Shown: positions 1 through 11,498, numbered from the stretch's first letter. The stretch is DNA of 64,000 bases from an uncultured Nitrososphaeraceae archaeon (GCA_963729045.1 CAVSMN010000020.1:32001-96000); one strand, 5' to 3'. The notes: generated by a model not told the origin, from the sequence alone. Made by a program: numbers and translations.

Positions 1-150
1 CACCTGGATTGGAAATATTTGATAAAGTTCTGATTAAGATCGCAATCTTGATCGGTTCGATGAGAATGGCTCACCTGGATTGGAAATATTTGATAAGGTT
101 CTGATCGATCGCAATCTTGATCAGGTATCGATGAGATGGCTCCCTGGATC
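1..150. repeat. ~71-bp tandem repeat (2 units plus partial) in the 3' part of a minus-strand membrane-anchored ORF running off the window edge
   Basis: cacctggattggaaatatttgataa...gatcgcaatcttgatc...cgatgaga..ggct starts at 1 and again at 72; partial third unit near 142. Confidence 0.8.
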
Positions 151-271
151 TGGATCTCAGTTCCGACTGGTAGGTAAGGATAAATATATTATTGCTGGAA
201 AGCAAAAGCAGAATCGCAATAACAAGAATTATGACTCCGAATGTTAAAATTGCTTTTTTCGTTATCAACAA
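71..271 (-). CDS. N-terminally membrane-anchored protein with repeats, probably frameshifted or partial
   Basis: Hydrophobic N-terminus (AILTFGVIILVIAILLLL) followed by the tandem repeat; indels between repeat units. Confidence 0.4.
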   Translation of the reverse strand: MLITKKAILTFGVIILVIAILLLLSSNNIFILTYQSELRSRSREPSHRYLIKIAIDQNLIKYFQSR

Positions 272-381
272 TTAGGGATATAGATATTATACGGATATAT
301 GATTTTTATTTTGTCTTTTATTAGTAGATTATCAAAGTACGATAGGTATATTTTAATACAAAAATCTTCATACGTAGAATC

Positions 382-1466
382 ATGACTGGACTAATAGAAC
401 GATTCTCTACAATTTTTAAAGCAAAAGCGAGTAAAATCGCAGATGATCTTGAAAATCCACAAGAAATGCTAAATTATTCATTTGAAAAACAAAATGAATT
501 AATAATTAAATTAAGACAAGATATTGCTCAGGTAGTTACATCAAAAAAAAGACTGGAAATGCAAAAGGCAAAACTGTTGGCAAATGTAAATACGTTAGAG
601 GATCTAGCTAAACGTTCATTAATTTCTAAGAGGGAGGATCTAACTAAACTTGCTCTCGAAAGAAAAAATGCTCTGATGGTGCAAGTAAAAGAACTCGAAT
701 CTCAAATATCGGGAATAGAAAAAGACCAGGCAAAATTGGAAGACGCAGAGAGGCGTCTCTCAACTAAAATTCAAGAATTTAAGACTAGAAAAGAAATAAT
801 TAAAGCTGAATATTCCGCGGCAGAGGCTCAAGTAAAAATTAAAGAAAACATCACGGGGCTTTCTGAAGAGTTTAGCGATGTAGGTAATATTTTGAATAGG
901 GTGGAAGAAAAAACTGAAAATATGAAGGCAAAGGCGCAAGCACTTGATGAAATGATTGACTCAGGAACTCTTACAGACTTTGCTTCATCCTTTCCATCCT
1001 CAAAAGATTCCGACATAGAGAGCGGACTGAATAAGGTCTCATCTAGTCAAGCAGTCGAAGAAGAGATTAAGAAAATGAAAAATGATCTGCAGACAAATGC
1101 GTCAAACACTGTTGAAAAAGATTCATCCACTATCAAAAATGTAGAAACTAAAACAAAGGAAAACATAACTATCATTAGAATTTCTGGTGGGGGTCAATAT
1201 GAAATTGACAATAATCTATTAACACAAATTAATGATATTGACAATAAGGTTGTCAACTCTGAAAAATCATAGTAATGGTCAATCTAACCTGAAGTAGTTA
1301 AAAAGGAACTAAAAGGGAAATTAGAGGAAATTATATCATTTATAAAAAATAACGGTCGGCCGTAATGGAAACAGATATAGTAAAATCTAACCTTTATATT
1401 CCACAGCCGGACATTTCTGTTGACGAAGCACAAAATGTATTCAAAGATGAAGGAATAATAAAATAA
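382..1466 (+). CDS. pspA: PspA/IM30 family protein fused to a C-terminal PspAA-like domain (frameshifted after ~1260)
   Basis: Coiled-coil PspA (MTGLIERFSTIFKAKASKIADDLENPQEML...ALERK); tail IIRISGGGQYEID, and in shifted frames LEEIISFIKNNG...SNLYIPQPDISVDEAQNVFKDEGIIK* ending at 1466. Confidence 0.85.
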
Positions 1467-1496
1467 AAAGATGGGTGCGGATCAATTACAAAAAAG

Positions 1497-2186
1497 TCAG
1501 AATGGTATATTCCAAACAGGAAACCATTTGCTCAAATCTTTTTCAAATATGATTTCATTCGATAATTCTTCCATTAGTTTAATCTCCTGATCATGATTGC
1601 GTTTCTTTAGATTAGTATCATGAGATTTATCACTAATAGGTAAAAAGGATAAAATTTGTTCGACTTATCATTGTAAATTAAATATTGTCGGTTAGAACCA
1701 CTGCCATTATTTTTGAAACCGTCATTTTGATATCCTGAAGTAAACTCAAATATTGTTGCTAACAGTTGCTTTGAAAAACCCTTTTCATGGATTGTATCAC
1801 CTATGGATGATATCGACTTATCAGATCCTCTAATTTAGTCCCTTTTAATAAGAACCATAGATACCCATACTCATCAATTAACGAACTATAGGAAATAGTT
1901 ATTTCACTTTTCTCTTTGTTTGCTGTTGCAATTGAAAGAAATTTGTCTATAAATTCTTTCATTTCTTTAAATTGTTCTGTTTCAACAGCTTTTACGCAAA
2001 TTCCGCATTTTCCTGAACTTTTTAGTCCAAACTTTTCATCAAGTTTGATGCTTGCTCTTGATAGTGATTCTATAGCATCGCTATAATAAAGGAATTGGTT
2101 ATGTTTGCCGATGACTTTTCAGATACAGATTTATCATGCTCAGATTTGCCTCTCATTGTTGATAAAATTTTTTTAAAAAAGGTCAA
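1497..2186 (-). CDS. PspAB-like (PspA-associated) protein, multiply frameshifted, absent from the ORF track
   Basis: Manual translation: MTFFKKILSTMRGKS..., LDEKFGLKSSGKCGICVK, DEYGYLWF, KGFSKQLL, RNHDQEIKLMEELSNEIIFEKDLSKWFPVWNIPF*. Confidence 0.75.
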
Positions 2187-2458
2187 TGATAGTATTGTAT
2201 CTTAGAACAATTTATCCATTCCCGTATAACTAAATATCTAATTACGATGAACTTTATATCAACTTGCAGTTATTGTTCATCTTATAAAATCAAAATACAA
2301 TTAAAAACATTAATTTTCGACCTTTTATTTTTTATATATGATAGTATGTATTAAAAACTAACTTATTGTTACATTATATGGAATATCAAACTATTACAAT
2401 AAATCAAAAATGCATTCTAATCCAGAATCCTTTAATTTACGTTATTGCAGGCACTTTG

Positions 2459-2674
2459 ATGAATTCGAAAATTATTGCCACAATCGTAATTATTCAATGC
2501 TTGCAGGCTTTACAGCCTTAGTCGGTCAAATATCTCAACAGGTTTCTGCCACCAGCATGGTATTTGTGATAGCAAAGGGTGAGTGGTCAAGGAGCTGAAC
2601 ATTGTAACTTTGGAGATTGTAAGGTAATAATTACACCAAGTGGTCAAATAAACTCAAATAGCAAGTGCCGATAA
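2459..2674 (+). CDS. Small secreted Cys-containing protein (frameshifted)
   Basis: Joined frames: MNSKIIATIVII / MLAGFTALVGQISQQVSA / GQGAEHCNFGDCKVIITPSGQINSNSKCR*. Confidence 0.45.
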
Positions 2675-2966
2675 TACCTACAATAATCAACAATTGTATG
2701 TATAACTTTTTTTTATTACACTAAAATTAAAATTGGGTTAGAGTAATTATCAAGATATTTTATTATCGTTTTTGTGCCTGTAAATATAAGATTTCAGTAT
2801 TTGACAATATGATGAAAACAAAAGGTCAGAATATAAATAAGTTATATTAGTAATAAAATCAAATATTCTCAGGTTATCAATCCATTCACCGGACTGACTC
2901 CAGTTATAAAAACCTGTTAAACCCATGTGGATATCCTCATGATTTTACCGAACCCGTCATAGTATA

Positions 2967-2990
2967 CGGGACTTAAGCCCACCGGACCCA
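2967..2990 (+). repeat. Degenerate tRNA 3'-end-like (att-like) repeat copy
   Basis: cgggacttaagcccaccggaccca; a second partial copy accgaacccgtca at 2947. Confidence 0.6.
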
Positions 2991-3128
2991 TTGTAATTTA
3001 CTATTTATCAAAAAAACTAGGCAAACGTAAACATATTATCAACTACCGGAGGAGAGATAACATTATGTGATACTATTATTCAGAGACTAATTTTAAATGC
3101 AATGAGGATTAATTAAATTAGATATTAT

Positions 3129-3569
3129 TTGTTCACTGAAAAAGAAAAAGAGTATATTAAATCACAAAGACTTGCAAGAATAGCTACTGCCTCCGCAGTT
3201 TCCCCCTCAGATATTGCAAGTTGTCAACCAGATGTTGCTCCTGTGGGTTTTGATTTTGATGGAGAGTACTTTTATGTGGGTGGAATAAATATTTTAAAAT
3301 CTACTAAATACAAAAATATTCTAAAGAATAATAAAGTTGCCCTAGTTATCGATGATTTAAAGACTATCAATCCTTGGGACCCACGAGGTATTAGGATTTA
3401 TGGAATAGCAGACACCGTTGATCGTCAAGGAGGGTATATGTCCAATACGGACCATCCACAATCTCGATATATAAGAATAAAGCCTAGTAAAAAATGGGGT
3501 TGGGGAATTGATGAACCCGTTTTTGTAGAAGGCAAATTTAATGTGAAAAAATCTACTACTAGTACCTAA
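3129..3569 (+). CDS. PPOX-class F420-dependent oxidoreductase (split-barrel)
   Basis: MFTEKEKEYIKSQRLARIATA, QPDVAPVGF, KYKNI...KVALVIDD, PWDPRGIRIYG. Confidence 0.85.
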   Translation: MFTEKEKEYIKSQRLARIATASAVSPSDIASCQPDVAPVGFDFDGEYFYVGGINILKSTKYKNILKNNKVALVIDDLKTINPWDPRGIRIYGIADTVDRQGGYMSNTDHPQSRYIRIKPSKKWGWGIDEPVFVEGKFNVKKSTTST

Positions 3570-3768
3570 AAAAATAAAACCATTGCTTTTTGAAGTAAAT
3601 ATAAAATTAATAATATTTACTAGATAAATCAACCTATTCTAAAGTATCGACATCATCTCGAAGTATCGAGATAAATTATATCTATATCTTTGTAGATATC
3701 CGCTATAAATCGATTAGTATTATCCATCCCAAAATTAAAGATAATCGTTAAATTTGAATTTGTATTAG

Positions 3769-3993
3769 ATGGTATATATGAAGATACGCGAATGTTGCGA
3801 TGGAATGAAAACTATGATAAGGGAAAATGCATTTTGGATATCAAGTATTAGTCAAAAAGGATGGTTAAAGGTGATAGAACACGACGGTACTATGGAGTTA
3901 GGGATAGATCCAAAACTCCATAATTACGATATTATCTATTGTCCATTTTGCGGAATTCAAATAGAGGGACAAGCGGATCCATTTACCAAATAG
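3769..3993 (+). CDS. Small Cys-containing hypothetical protein (CC...CPFC)
   Basis: ECCDGM and IIYCPFCG motifs; TATA-like ttaaa ~20 nt upstream. Confidence 0.55.
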   Translation: MVYMKIRECCDGMKTMIRENAFWISSISQKGWLKVIEHDGTMELGIDPKLHNYDIIYCPFCGIQIEGQADPFTK

Positions 3994-4183
3994 ATTAATC
4001 CTTAATACCTCGAATTATTTCGGAATTAAAAAAGATCCATCTTTAATATGTTAAACATCGCATGCACTAAAATTGTATTTAATCTTGAATCATATCACTC
4101 ACGGAAGTTAACAAATAGTATAAACCCCCTGAATGAAGGATTTGCTCCCATAGAGTTCCCATATACAACGGAATATATCAGAA

Positions 4184-4831
4184 TTGGACAACAGTAACAG
4201 TAACAGAACTTTCTTCGGTGAATTAATAAAATTACAAAACGAATTTTCAAAAAGAGTTATAGTTAGAGATGATTTTGATAGTAATATCGAATTTATTTGT
4301 GGAGTAGATGTATCTTACAGGAAAAAAACTGCGTTCTGTTCAGCTGTTGTAATCAATAAAGAAAAGTTTGAAATTACAGAGACAGCCATTAGCAAAAGCG
4401 AGATAAAGAATCCATATATTCCAGGCTTGTTTATTCTAAGGGAATCTGCGCCCATCCTTCAAACTTTGAAATTGATCACAAAGCCTTTCCAACTTTTGCT
4501 AGTGGACGGTCATGGGATACTTCATCCTAGGAGATGTGGGTTAGCAAGTTACATAGGCATAGTTACAAACTTGCCAACAATAGGTGTCGCAAAAAATTTG
4601 TTATGCGGTTGTGTCCAATCAAGCAACTTTGTAAGCCATAAAGGTGAAATTCTTGGGTACGCATTAAAGGGTAAAAACAACTCGAATAAAATTGCATACA
4701 TCAGTGTTGGACATAAGATTAGTTTAACAACGTCAATACAATTAGTTGAATCAATGACAAGAACAAATCAATTCATTCCAGAGCCTCTTAGAGTCGCGGA
4801 CAAGTTATCAAAACAACAAGACTGTAAATAA
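4184..4831 (+). CDS. nfi: Endonuclease V
   Basis: GVDVSY, PYIPGLFILRE, LLVDGHGILHPRRCGLAS, PTIGVAK, YISVGHKISL, IPEPLRVAD. Confidence 0.95.
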   Translation: MDNSNSNRTFFGELIKLQNEFSKRVIVRDDFDSNIEFICGVDVSYRKKTAFCSAVVINKEKFEITETAISKSEIKNPYIPGLFILRESAPILQTLKLITKPFQLLLVDGHGILHPRRCGLASYIGIVTNLPTIGVAKNLLCGCVQSSNFVSHKGEILGYALKGKNNSNKIAYISVGHKISLTTSIQLVESMTRTNQFIPEPLRVADKLSKQQDCK

Positions 4832-5060
4832 TCTTCAGCCGCTTCCAAACGAATTATGTGCGGTCAAAATAGTAAAAAAGCAATTTCTTTTGTAAGGTCG
4901 ATTTTATCGGATTGTGTAATAATCAGCAAAACTAAAAAAGATAAGGACTTATATCGTCCTGAAGTCCACCAAACCTGTTATAATTTTGCTGTTATATTAT
5001 AAAATTACTAAATAGGTTTCTTTGAATAAATATTTATTTAATTAATTAACAGTTCATATA

Positions 5061-5090
5061 TACCGCGTGGATTTGAAGTCCACTGAGCCA
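5061..5090 (+). repeat. Degenerate tRNA 3'-end-like repeat copy with intact T-arm hairpin
   Basis: taccgc GTGGA tttgaag TCCAC tgagcca; another weak copy gaagtccaccaaacctgtta at 4961. Confidence 0.55.
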
Positions 5091-5387
5091 GATACCCATT
5101 CTAGTACCGACATTAATATTCTCTCGATTGCGCTTTATCTGACTTATAATGAATCCAACATCTTCTTGAATAATGGAAAATTATAAAAATAATTTTCTAG
5201 AAAAACTATAATCAGTGTGGTAAACATTTCCATCAATGATAGTTCCAGTTCTGATTTGTCCTACTTCATAATTTCCTGCTCCAAAAGTTATTTGCACTCT
5301 CAATACGAGATTATCCATCACCGATATTTAGGATTCATATTTACTTCATTTATATAAATTTTAATTATACATGATCAATATGTCAAT

Positions 5388-5942
5388 ATGGCAAATCAGT
5401 CAAATGTAAAGGAGGTAGCTCAATTAAAAGTACCTATTGTTTTTGTTAGCATCATCGCATTATTTGGAATGGTGAGCTTTGGAGGTGTGTCAGTCTATGT
5501 TGCAAGTGGCCAAAACGTAACAACGACAACGACCCATTTGCAAGCTTCGGATTTTGCGATAGTTCCTATCCAGCAACACCTTGGAGACAATAAAAACGAC
5601 ATATTTGCTCCAGGTTATCCATACAGGGGAGATGTGTCCGACACTTTTAATTTTACAATTGACAGCATACCCGATGGAAGTGGATATCTCTTGGTACAAA
5701 TATATGGATCGTACTTTGAGGGACATACAATAATAATTAATGGACAAAGTGTAACTAGTCCCGGCGGCAACTTTGGAAATTCTGGTTCTGCAAACTGGGC
5801 AACACTAACAGTCTTGTTGGATGAGAATGTGCTAAAACAGGGCCAGAACAGTATACAGTTCTTAAGGAATCCGAATACAGAAGACAACTTTCTAATAGAC
5901 AATGTTGTGGTTAACTGGAAGTATCAGTTGCCCCAACAATAA
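5388..5942 (+). CDS. Secreted beta-sandwich hypothetical protein
   Basis: N-terminal TM/signal; HLGD motif; LKQGQNSIQF...DNFLIDNVVVNW. Confidence 0.8.
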   Translation: MANQSNVKEVAQLKVPIVFVSIIALFGMVSFGGVSVYVASGQNVTTTTTHLQASDFAIVPIQQHLGDNKNDIFAPGYPYRGDVSDTFNFTIDSIPDGSGYLLVQIYGSYFEGHTIIINGQSVTSPGGNFGNSGSANWATLTVLLDENVLKQGQNSIQFLRNPNTEDNFLIDNVVVNWKYQLPQQ

Positions 5943-6557
5943 CTAATACACTCATCTATCCTTTTTTTAAAATGTAAACTGGTATCAATAATACTACAAT
6001 ACAAAAACTTTATCATAATAAGCTTCATCTACATTGGGCCTTCCCCCAGCATAACCAATCAAATGAAAAGTTTTGGTCCCAAGTTACGTGCTTTTCCTCC
6101 GGCAAAATTTCAACCCCTTTTAGAATTCCAAAAAGTGATCCAAAGAAGCAAAGACAAATTATTAATACTATCGCTATTAATGGAGGAACAGTCTCATCGT
6201 CACTAGAAATTTAGAAACTATATCGTTACGACACAAATATTTTTTTTGATTTATCTACGTTAGTTTCTGTTCATTTACCGTTACCATAAAAATCAATAAA
6301 CCCTACAAAAATGATATTAATAGTGATAGAATTCTATTTTAAAATAAATTGTAATTGCAAAAGCATTGGCGAGCATTTCAATGTAACATCACGATTACGC
6401 AATAAAACCATCGATTTTAAAGTAAACATTTTTTAGCTAATCTATTAGATCAGTTTATTAATTAACCGAACCAATAAATTCAAAAAATATTATCTCTTTG
6501 GAAGTTAGTTAATCTTGCTAATAACTTTAAGAAAAAAGGATAGTTTATTTTTCTCTT

Positions 6558-7187
6558 CTAATTTTTAGACTGATAATTTTTTTGAGTTGATAACAATGCA
6601 TCGTTGTTGTCTCTTTCGATTCTCTCATATGCTGATACATTTCTTTTTCCTATTTCTGCAAGATGTTTAGATTGTTTCTTTGTGTTATCAACTACATTTT
6701 TGAATAATTCAATATTAGAAAATGCCATATCATTAAAAATTCTACTCATTGCTATTGTATTTTCTGCACAATTATTTACTAATTTCGAGTACATTTCTGG
6801 CATTCTTCTAAAGTAATCTTGGTTATTCAATAATTGGTTATTTACATTTTGTATATATGGAGTGGATAATGATTGAAAAGAATCAATTGTTTGTTTTTGA
6901 TATTCAAGATAGTTTTCTGCAATATCTTTAGTAGCTTGAAGTGTCTGTTCTTGAACTTGATTAACAGTTTCAGTATAACGTGGAATCTGATTTCTTGCTT
7001 CTCTAATACTTTCATCTATACTTTTTTTTGACTCATCAAAAGCTTGTTCAAGTGATTCGGTGTTTTGTTCTATAATTCTATTATATAATCTTTGATTACT
7101 TTGGTAAATATCTTGTTGATTACTAACATTATCATTATTTAAAGATGAAGTTTGGTAATTAATTTCTTTTTTATCGTTCTTAGACAT
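6558..7187 (-). CDS. Helical Q/N-rich hypothetical protein (possibly phasin-like)
   Basis: 209-aa ORF of amphipathic helices with Q/N/E-rich composition; function inferred only. Confidence 0.7.
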   Translation of the reverse strand: MSKNDKKEINYQTSSLNNDNVSNQQDIYQSNQRLYNRIIEQNTESLEQAFDESKKSIDESIREARNQIPRYTETVNQVQEQTLQATKDIAENYLEYQKQTIDSFQSLSTPYIQNVNNQLLNNQDYFRRMPEMYSKLVNNCAENTIAMSRIFNDMAFSNIELFKNVVDNTKKQSKHLAEIGKRNVSAYERIERDNNDALLSTQKNYQSKN

Positions 7188-7647
7188 TGTAATAATTTGT
7201 AATTATTATACTATATAAACAGAGGTATCCATTGGTTTTTAATACCCGGCAAGAGATTTATTCGTCCTAATCAACTCATATTGATCAAAAGTCTACTAGA
7301 GTTTTCCTTTACAAATGATTGTTATCCGAGAATAATTAAGTCAAACTAAATCATTCTAAACGGTATCGATCCTAGACCCTCAGTCAAGATTTTTTTTCTC
7401 TAAAGTTCGAGTTGTGAGTCATAATAGTCATCTAGACATTTTGACAATCAGATCATCTTCTCATTCTCTAACATTTACCAAATGTAAACGTTACAGGTAT
7501 GAGCGATTTAAAAAAATAGTAATCAGTTAATGCCCAAAGATTTCAAATAATCCAATATCAAAATAATTTTGAATCACTACCATCGCAAAGAGAATACATA
7601 ACAATATATACAAGATCTTAAATCCTCGACTGAGAAGGCTATAAAGT

Positions 7648-8037
7648 ATGAGTTACAATAAGCTAACACCAGAAGAAGAGAGAATAATTGTAGATAAAGC
7701 TACTGAAGCTCCCTTCATTGGTAAGTATGACAATTTTTATGAAGATGGAACGTTTATCTGTCGAAGATGCAATATCCCCCTCTTTTCATCCAAAAGCAAG
7801 TTTGATGCGGGGTGTGGATGGCCAAGCTTTGATGAAAGCATTCAAAATGCAATAAAACGTATACCTGATCCTGATGGAATAAGAACAGAAATAGAATGTG
7901 AAAATTGTGGTGCGCATCTAGGACATGAATTTCTGGGAGAACATTTGACAGATAAAAATACACGGGAATGTGTCAATTCATTATCTATACACTTTATTCC
8001 AAAGGGAAAAGAATTGCCAAAAATAATTCATGAATAA
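7648..8037 (+). CDS. msrB: Methionine-R-sulfoxide reductase
   Basis: TEAPFIG, CRRC, KFDAGCGWPSF, RTEIECENCGAHLGHEF, RECVNSLS. Confidence 0.95.
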   Translation: MSYNKLTPEEERIIVDKATEAPFIGKYDNFYEDGTFICRRCNIPLFSSKSKFDAGCGWPSFDESIQNAIKRIPDPDGIRTEIECENCGAHLGHEFLGEHLTDKNTRECVNSLSIHFIPKGKELPKIIHE

Positions 8038-8218
8038 CGATATCAAAATCTTAACAGCCGTCAACGGCTATATCAGTGCAATGAAGAGATCTTAAAAGAA
8101 TCTAAGGTATCGAATTTGTTCCACATAACTATGCATGAGGAACAGTTAAAAATCCTTATCATGGTCATGTATGATGAATATATATATTAACGAAATTCTA
8201 TAAATCCTATTCATATTC

Positions 8219-8764
8219 TTATTTATTGATCTTGTATTTATTTTGAACGAAACCAAAGTTATATACTGTCGTTTTTAAATGTTGCAAAGACAAATCTTTT
8301 GATAATAATCCACTAAATGATTTTCCTTTTCCTATAAGTATTGGTACTATAGTAACAGTAATTTCGTCAACCAATCTTGCTGATAAAAAATCCTGAATCA
8401 CCATGCCCCCATCTACATATATATGGTTAACAGATTGATAAGATAGTTCTTTAACTAATTGTTTAGGTGATGATATGTTAGATGTTGTTACAGTTTCCTT
8501 TAATTTCTCAGGAATTTCAACATTCTTTGAGGTCAATACAATCATTTTGGTATTATTATACGGCCAGTTGTCAAAGGTCATTACCTGCTCGAAAGTTTTC
8601 CTCCCCATAATTATTTGATCCACAGACTCTAGGAAACTCTTGAATCCAAAATTCTCATCAAGAGTTACTTTCTTGTTAGCATCATCTAACCAGCCTATAT
8701 CTCCATTCTCTCTTGCAATGAATCCATCTAGACTAGTACCAATAAATATAGAGACTTTTACCAT
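8219..8764 (-). CDS. Dihydrofolate reductase-like (RibD C-terminal) family protein
   Basis: Likely start MVKVSIFIGTSLDGFIAR; IIMGRKTF, IYVDGG, LVDEITVTIVPILIGKG. Confidence 0.88.
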   Translation of the reverse strand: MVKVSIFIGTSLDGFIARENGDIGWLDDANKKVTLDENFGFKSFLESVDQIIMGRKTFEQVMTFDNWPYNNTKMIVLTSKNVEIPEKLKETVTTSNISSPKQLVKELSYQSVNHIYVDGGMVIQDFLSARLVDEITVTIVPILIGKGKSFSGLLSKDLSLQHLKTTVYNFGFVQNKYKINK

Positions 8765-9392
8765 TGATACTTTTTTAAAAATCATTAAGATAAATGTATT
8801 TAACCCCTCACTTGAAATAGATTTGTTGAGCGTTCTATTCATTTTTTTGTATCTTATCAGTTCGACTTTGGTTTTAAATAGAATAGCATTATTGGCTATC
8901 TCATCATAAGATTTGCAAGAAGGGCACTGAAAAACTAATCGTTTTAAGCATTTGAAATAATATTCTTCCCCAGGAATATAGTTGTGAAAATCCGAAATGT
9001 AAAGATTGTTTGTATGATTCACAATCAGATTTTGTCAGATTGTCTGATTTTATATGACTACGTAGAGAGAGTTCATAATCTTTTATGAATATTTTAATAA
9101 TAAAACATTTTAAACTTTAGAATACTTGATTGATTAGTAGAGAGAAAATAATATCTCAAGTATATTTCCTTATTCCTACAGGTTTCTATTACAGTGAATG
9201 CTATAAAACTCTATTATCAATATCTTAGTTTCTATGGACTTTTAAAAAGAATCATAAAACCTTCATCTGATAAAAGGAAAGCAATAGGTTACCTTAAGGG
9301 TCGAGATTTTGAAGAATCTATTGCCAATTACTAAATCGGATGAAAAAATGATCAAATAGATAAATAAGTTAAATCAAATCATCAATTGATAG

Positions 9393-9770
9393 TTGTATAT
9401 TAGAATAAAGGACATTTTTTATTCATTATTTTTCTTTTTTATTGCTGGCGTATGTGAGATAGGAGGCGGTTACCTGGTATGGTTATGGTTAAGGGAAAGC
9501 TATAGTTGGATATTTGGAGTACTAGGCGGTTTTGTTTTATTTTTGTATGGCGTAATTCCTACATTACAAAAAACACATTTCCATAGAACATATGCAGCTT
9601 ATGGAGGAATTTTTATTATAATGGCTTTAGGCTGGGGCTATCTCTTTGAAGGATTGATTCCGGATATTTATGATATAGTTGGAACTATTGTCGCTGCTAT
9701 TGGAGTCATCATTATTTTTTACTATCCACGTAAAAGGGGGGAAAAAATTGGAATCAACACTTCCGGATAA
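9393..9770 (+). CDS. YnfA/UPF0060 (SMR-related) membrane protein, copy 1
   Basis: AGVCEIGGGYLVWLWLRE, RTYAAYGGIF; 4 TM segments. Confidence 0.9.
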   Translation: MYIRIKDIFYSLFFFFIAGVCEIGGGYLVWLWLRESYSWIFGVLGGFVLFLYGVIPTLQKTHFHRTYAAYGGIFIIMALGWGYLFEGLIPDIYDIVGTIVAAIGVIIIFYYPRKRGEKIGINTSG

Positions 9771-10110
9771 TTATAACCTAATCTTTATCATTTCAACCTT
9801 CGGATTGTTTTTGGTTGCTGCAATTGCTGAAATAGGAGGAGGATATCTTGTATGGCAATGGCTAAGAGAAAGAAAAACGATAGGCATTGGACTTGTTGGA
9901 GGTATCATACTATTTGTATACGGAATAATTCCAACTCTTCAGCCATCAAATTTTGGTAGAGTGTATGCTGCTTACGGAGGAATATTTGTTGTGATGGCAA
10001 TCATTTGGGGTTTGCTGATAGACAAAAAAAGACCCGACAGATTTGAAATAGTTGGAGGTTTTATAGTTCTTATAGGTGCATTCATAATATTCTATGCCCC
10101 CAGACAGTAA
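9748..10110 (+). CDS. YnfA/UPF0060 membrane protein, copy 2
   Basis: AAIAEIGGGYLVWQWLRE, FGRVYAAYGGIF, PDRFE; likely TTG start at 9748 overlapping copy 1. Confidence 0.9.
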   Translation: MESTLPDNYNLIFIISTFGLFLVAAIAEIGGGYLVWQWLRERKTIGIGLVGGIILFVYGIIPTLQPSNFGRVYAAYGGIFVVMAIIWGLLIDKKRPDRFEIVGGFIVLIGAFIIFYAPRQ

Positions 10111-10623
10111 CTAAATATTGTAAAATCAATCTACTTTTATATAAACTGCAGTTCCCCTTCAATTCTTTTAGAGAACATCTATAAATGGATTTTCTATATC
10201 CTTGTCAGACATTAAATGTGTTGTACATCTGTAAGTTATCATTCAAGACAACTTTTTTTGAAAGGCAATAAGGTTTCAATAAAGGCCTTGTTTTTTATGA
10301 TAGTACTTAGCATCACTATTATATAGCATGCCTCAGACCTTCTCATGCTTTTGTTTTCCTACTGGCGGTAAACTTATGGCATGATTGTAACCTTATCACA
10401 CCTTATATAGAAAACAACCGATTCTTAACGACTCGGTGTGTCCACATAAGGTAGAGTATTTTATATAACATAGTATTTAACCCCTAATCATTTGGTGCAT
10501 CTTTTAATGTATCATTGAAATTTGAAAGTTTGAAAAAGTTAGACCCAGGTAAATGTCACTAATATTATTTGTATATTATTCACTTATCCATCAAGGCTTG
10601 GTGTCTAACGATGTAAAAAACTT

Positions 10624-10914
10624 TCATCCGCTAAGTGGTATCGCCTCTTTCTTTCTATTTTCTAGTTCATTAATACCATCCGGAGTAATTTGGTAATTTT
10701 CGCCATCTTCAGAATGTATAAGACTTTGAGCAATCAAATCTTCAATTGCTTGATCTAGTAGAGGGAACATAGTTTTATCTATGGAATCCATTAAGTCTCC
10801 AATGCTGGTTGAAGAGTTTTTGGAGTCAAACTTGGTAGATAATTTCTCTAACACAAAACCTTCAACATTGTGAAGAGCATCTGTCTCATCTTTGGAATCG
10901 GATATTTTATCCAT
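10624..10914 (-). CDS. Small winged-helix-like protein
   Basis: LDQAIEDLIAQSLI...YQITPDGINEL wing pattern. Confidence 0.65.
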   Translation of the reverse strand: MDKISDSKDETDALHNVEGFVLEKLSTKFDSKNSSTSIGDLMDSIDKTMFPLLDQAIEDLIAQSLIHSEDGENYQITPDGINELENRKKEAIPLSG

Positions 10915-11498
10915 AATAATAAGTGTGTGCTACGCTTAAATTCTTATCTTTGTAACTTGATCAAGGTATTACAATCGAGAAGAATAATAGGCCAAAATGA
11001 GATATATATCTTGTTTCAACCGATCGTGTTGTGATTTCTATCAATGAAATATTAATAGAATTTATGCAACTGTAATATAGTGTCATAATCTCAAATGAAA
11101 ACTAAACAATTTCTAATAGCATTCTAAATATTATTGAATACTCATAATCAATATACAATGATAATTCTTATGAGAAAGATTTTGAGTTTAGGCTCGGAAT
11201 ATATCTACTACTAAACCCACCAGGTCCGTCTCATAATTGATCCAAATCATGGCCCGATGTGCATTTTAATATTTTTTAATTCGATGATTATTTCCCTCTG
11301 ACAGATAAATGTATAATGTATGGCATATGTTTCTCTATATTCTGTTTTATTTTTTAATTTATGGTCATACAATATACACCAGATCGTTAATTACATCAAT
11401 CTAAAAGACATATAATTACAAATCTACAAAAATAGCAGCTCAGATAGAAATGTTATCCAATAGACAATATTGGAAATAAAAGGATTGTTTATTTCTTT

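Noticed and set aside
8765..9022. N-terminal extension of the DHFR-like ORF
   Set aside because: Family motif begins at MVKVSIFIG (8764); the extension looks like AT-rich upstream sequence
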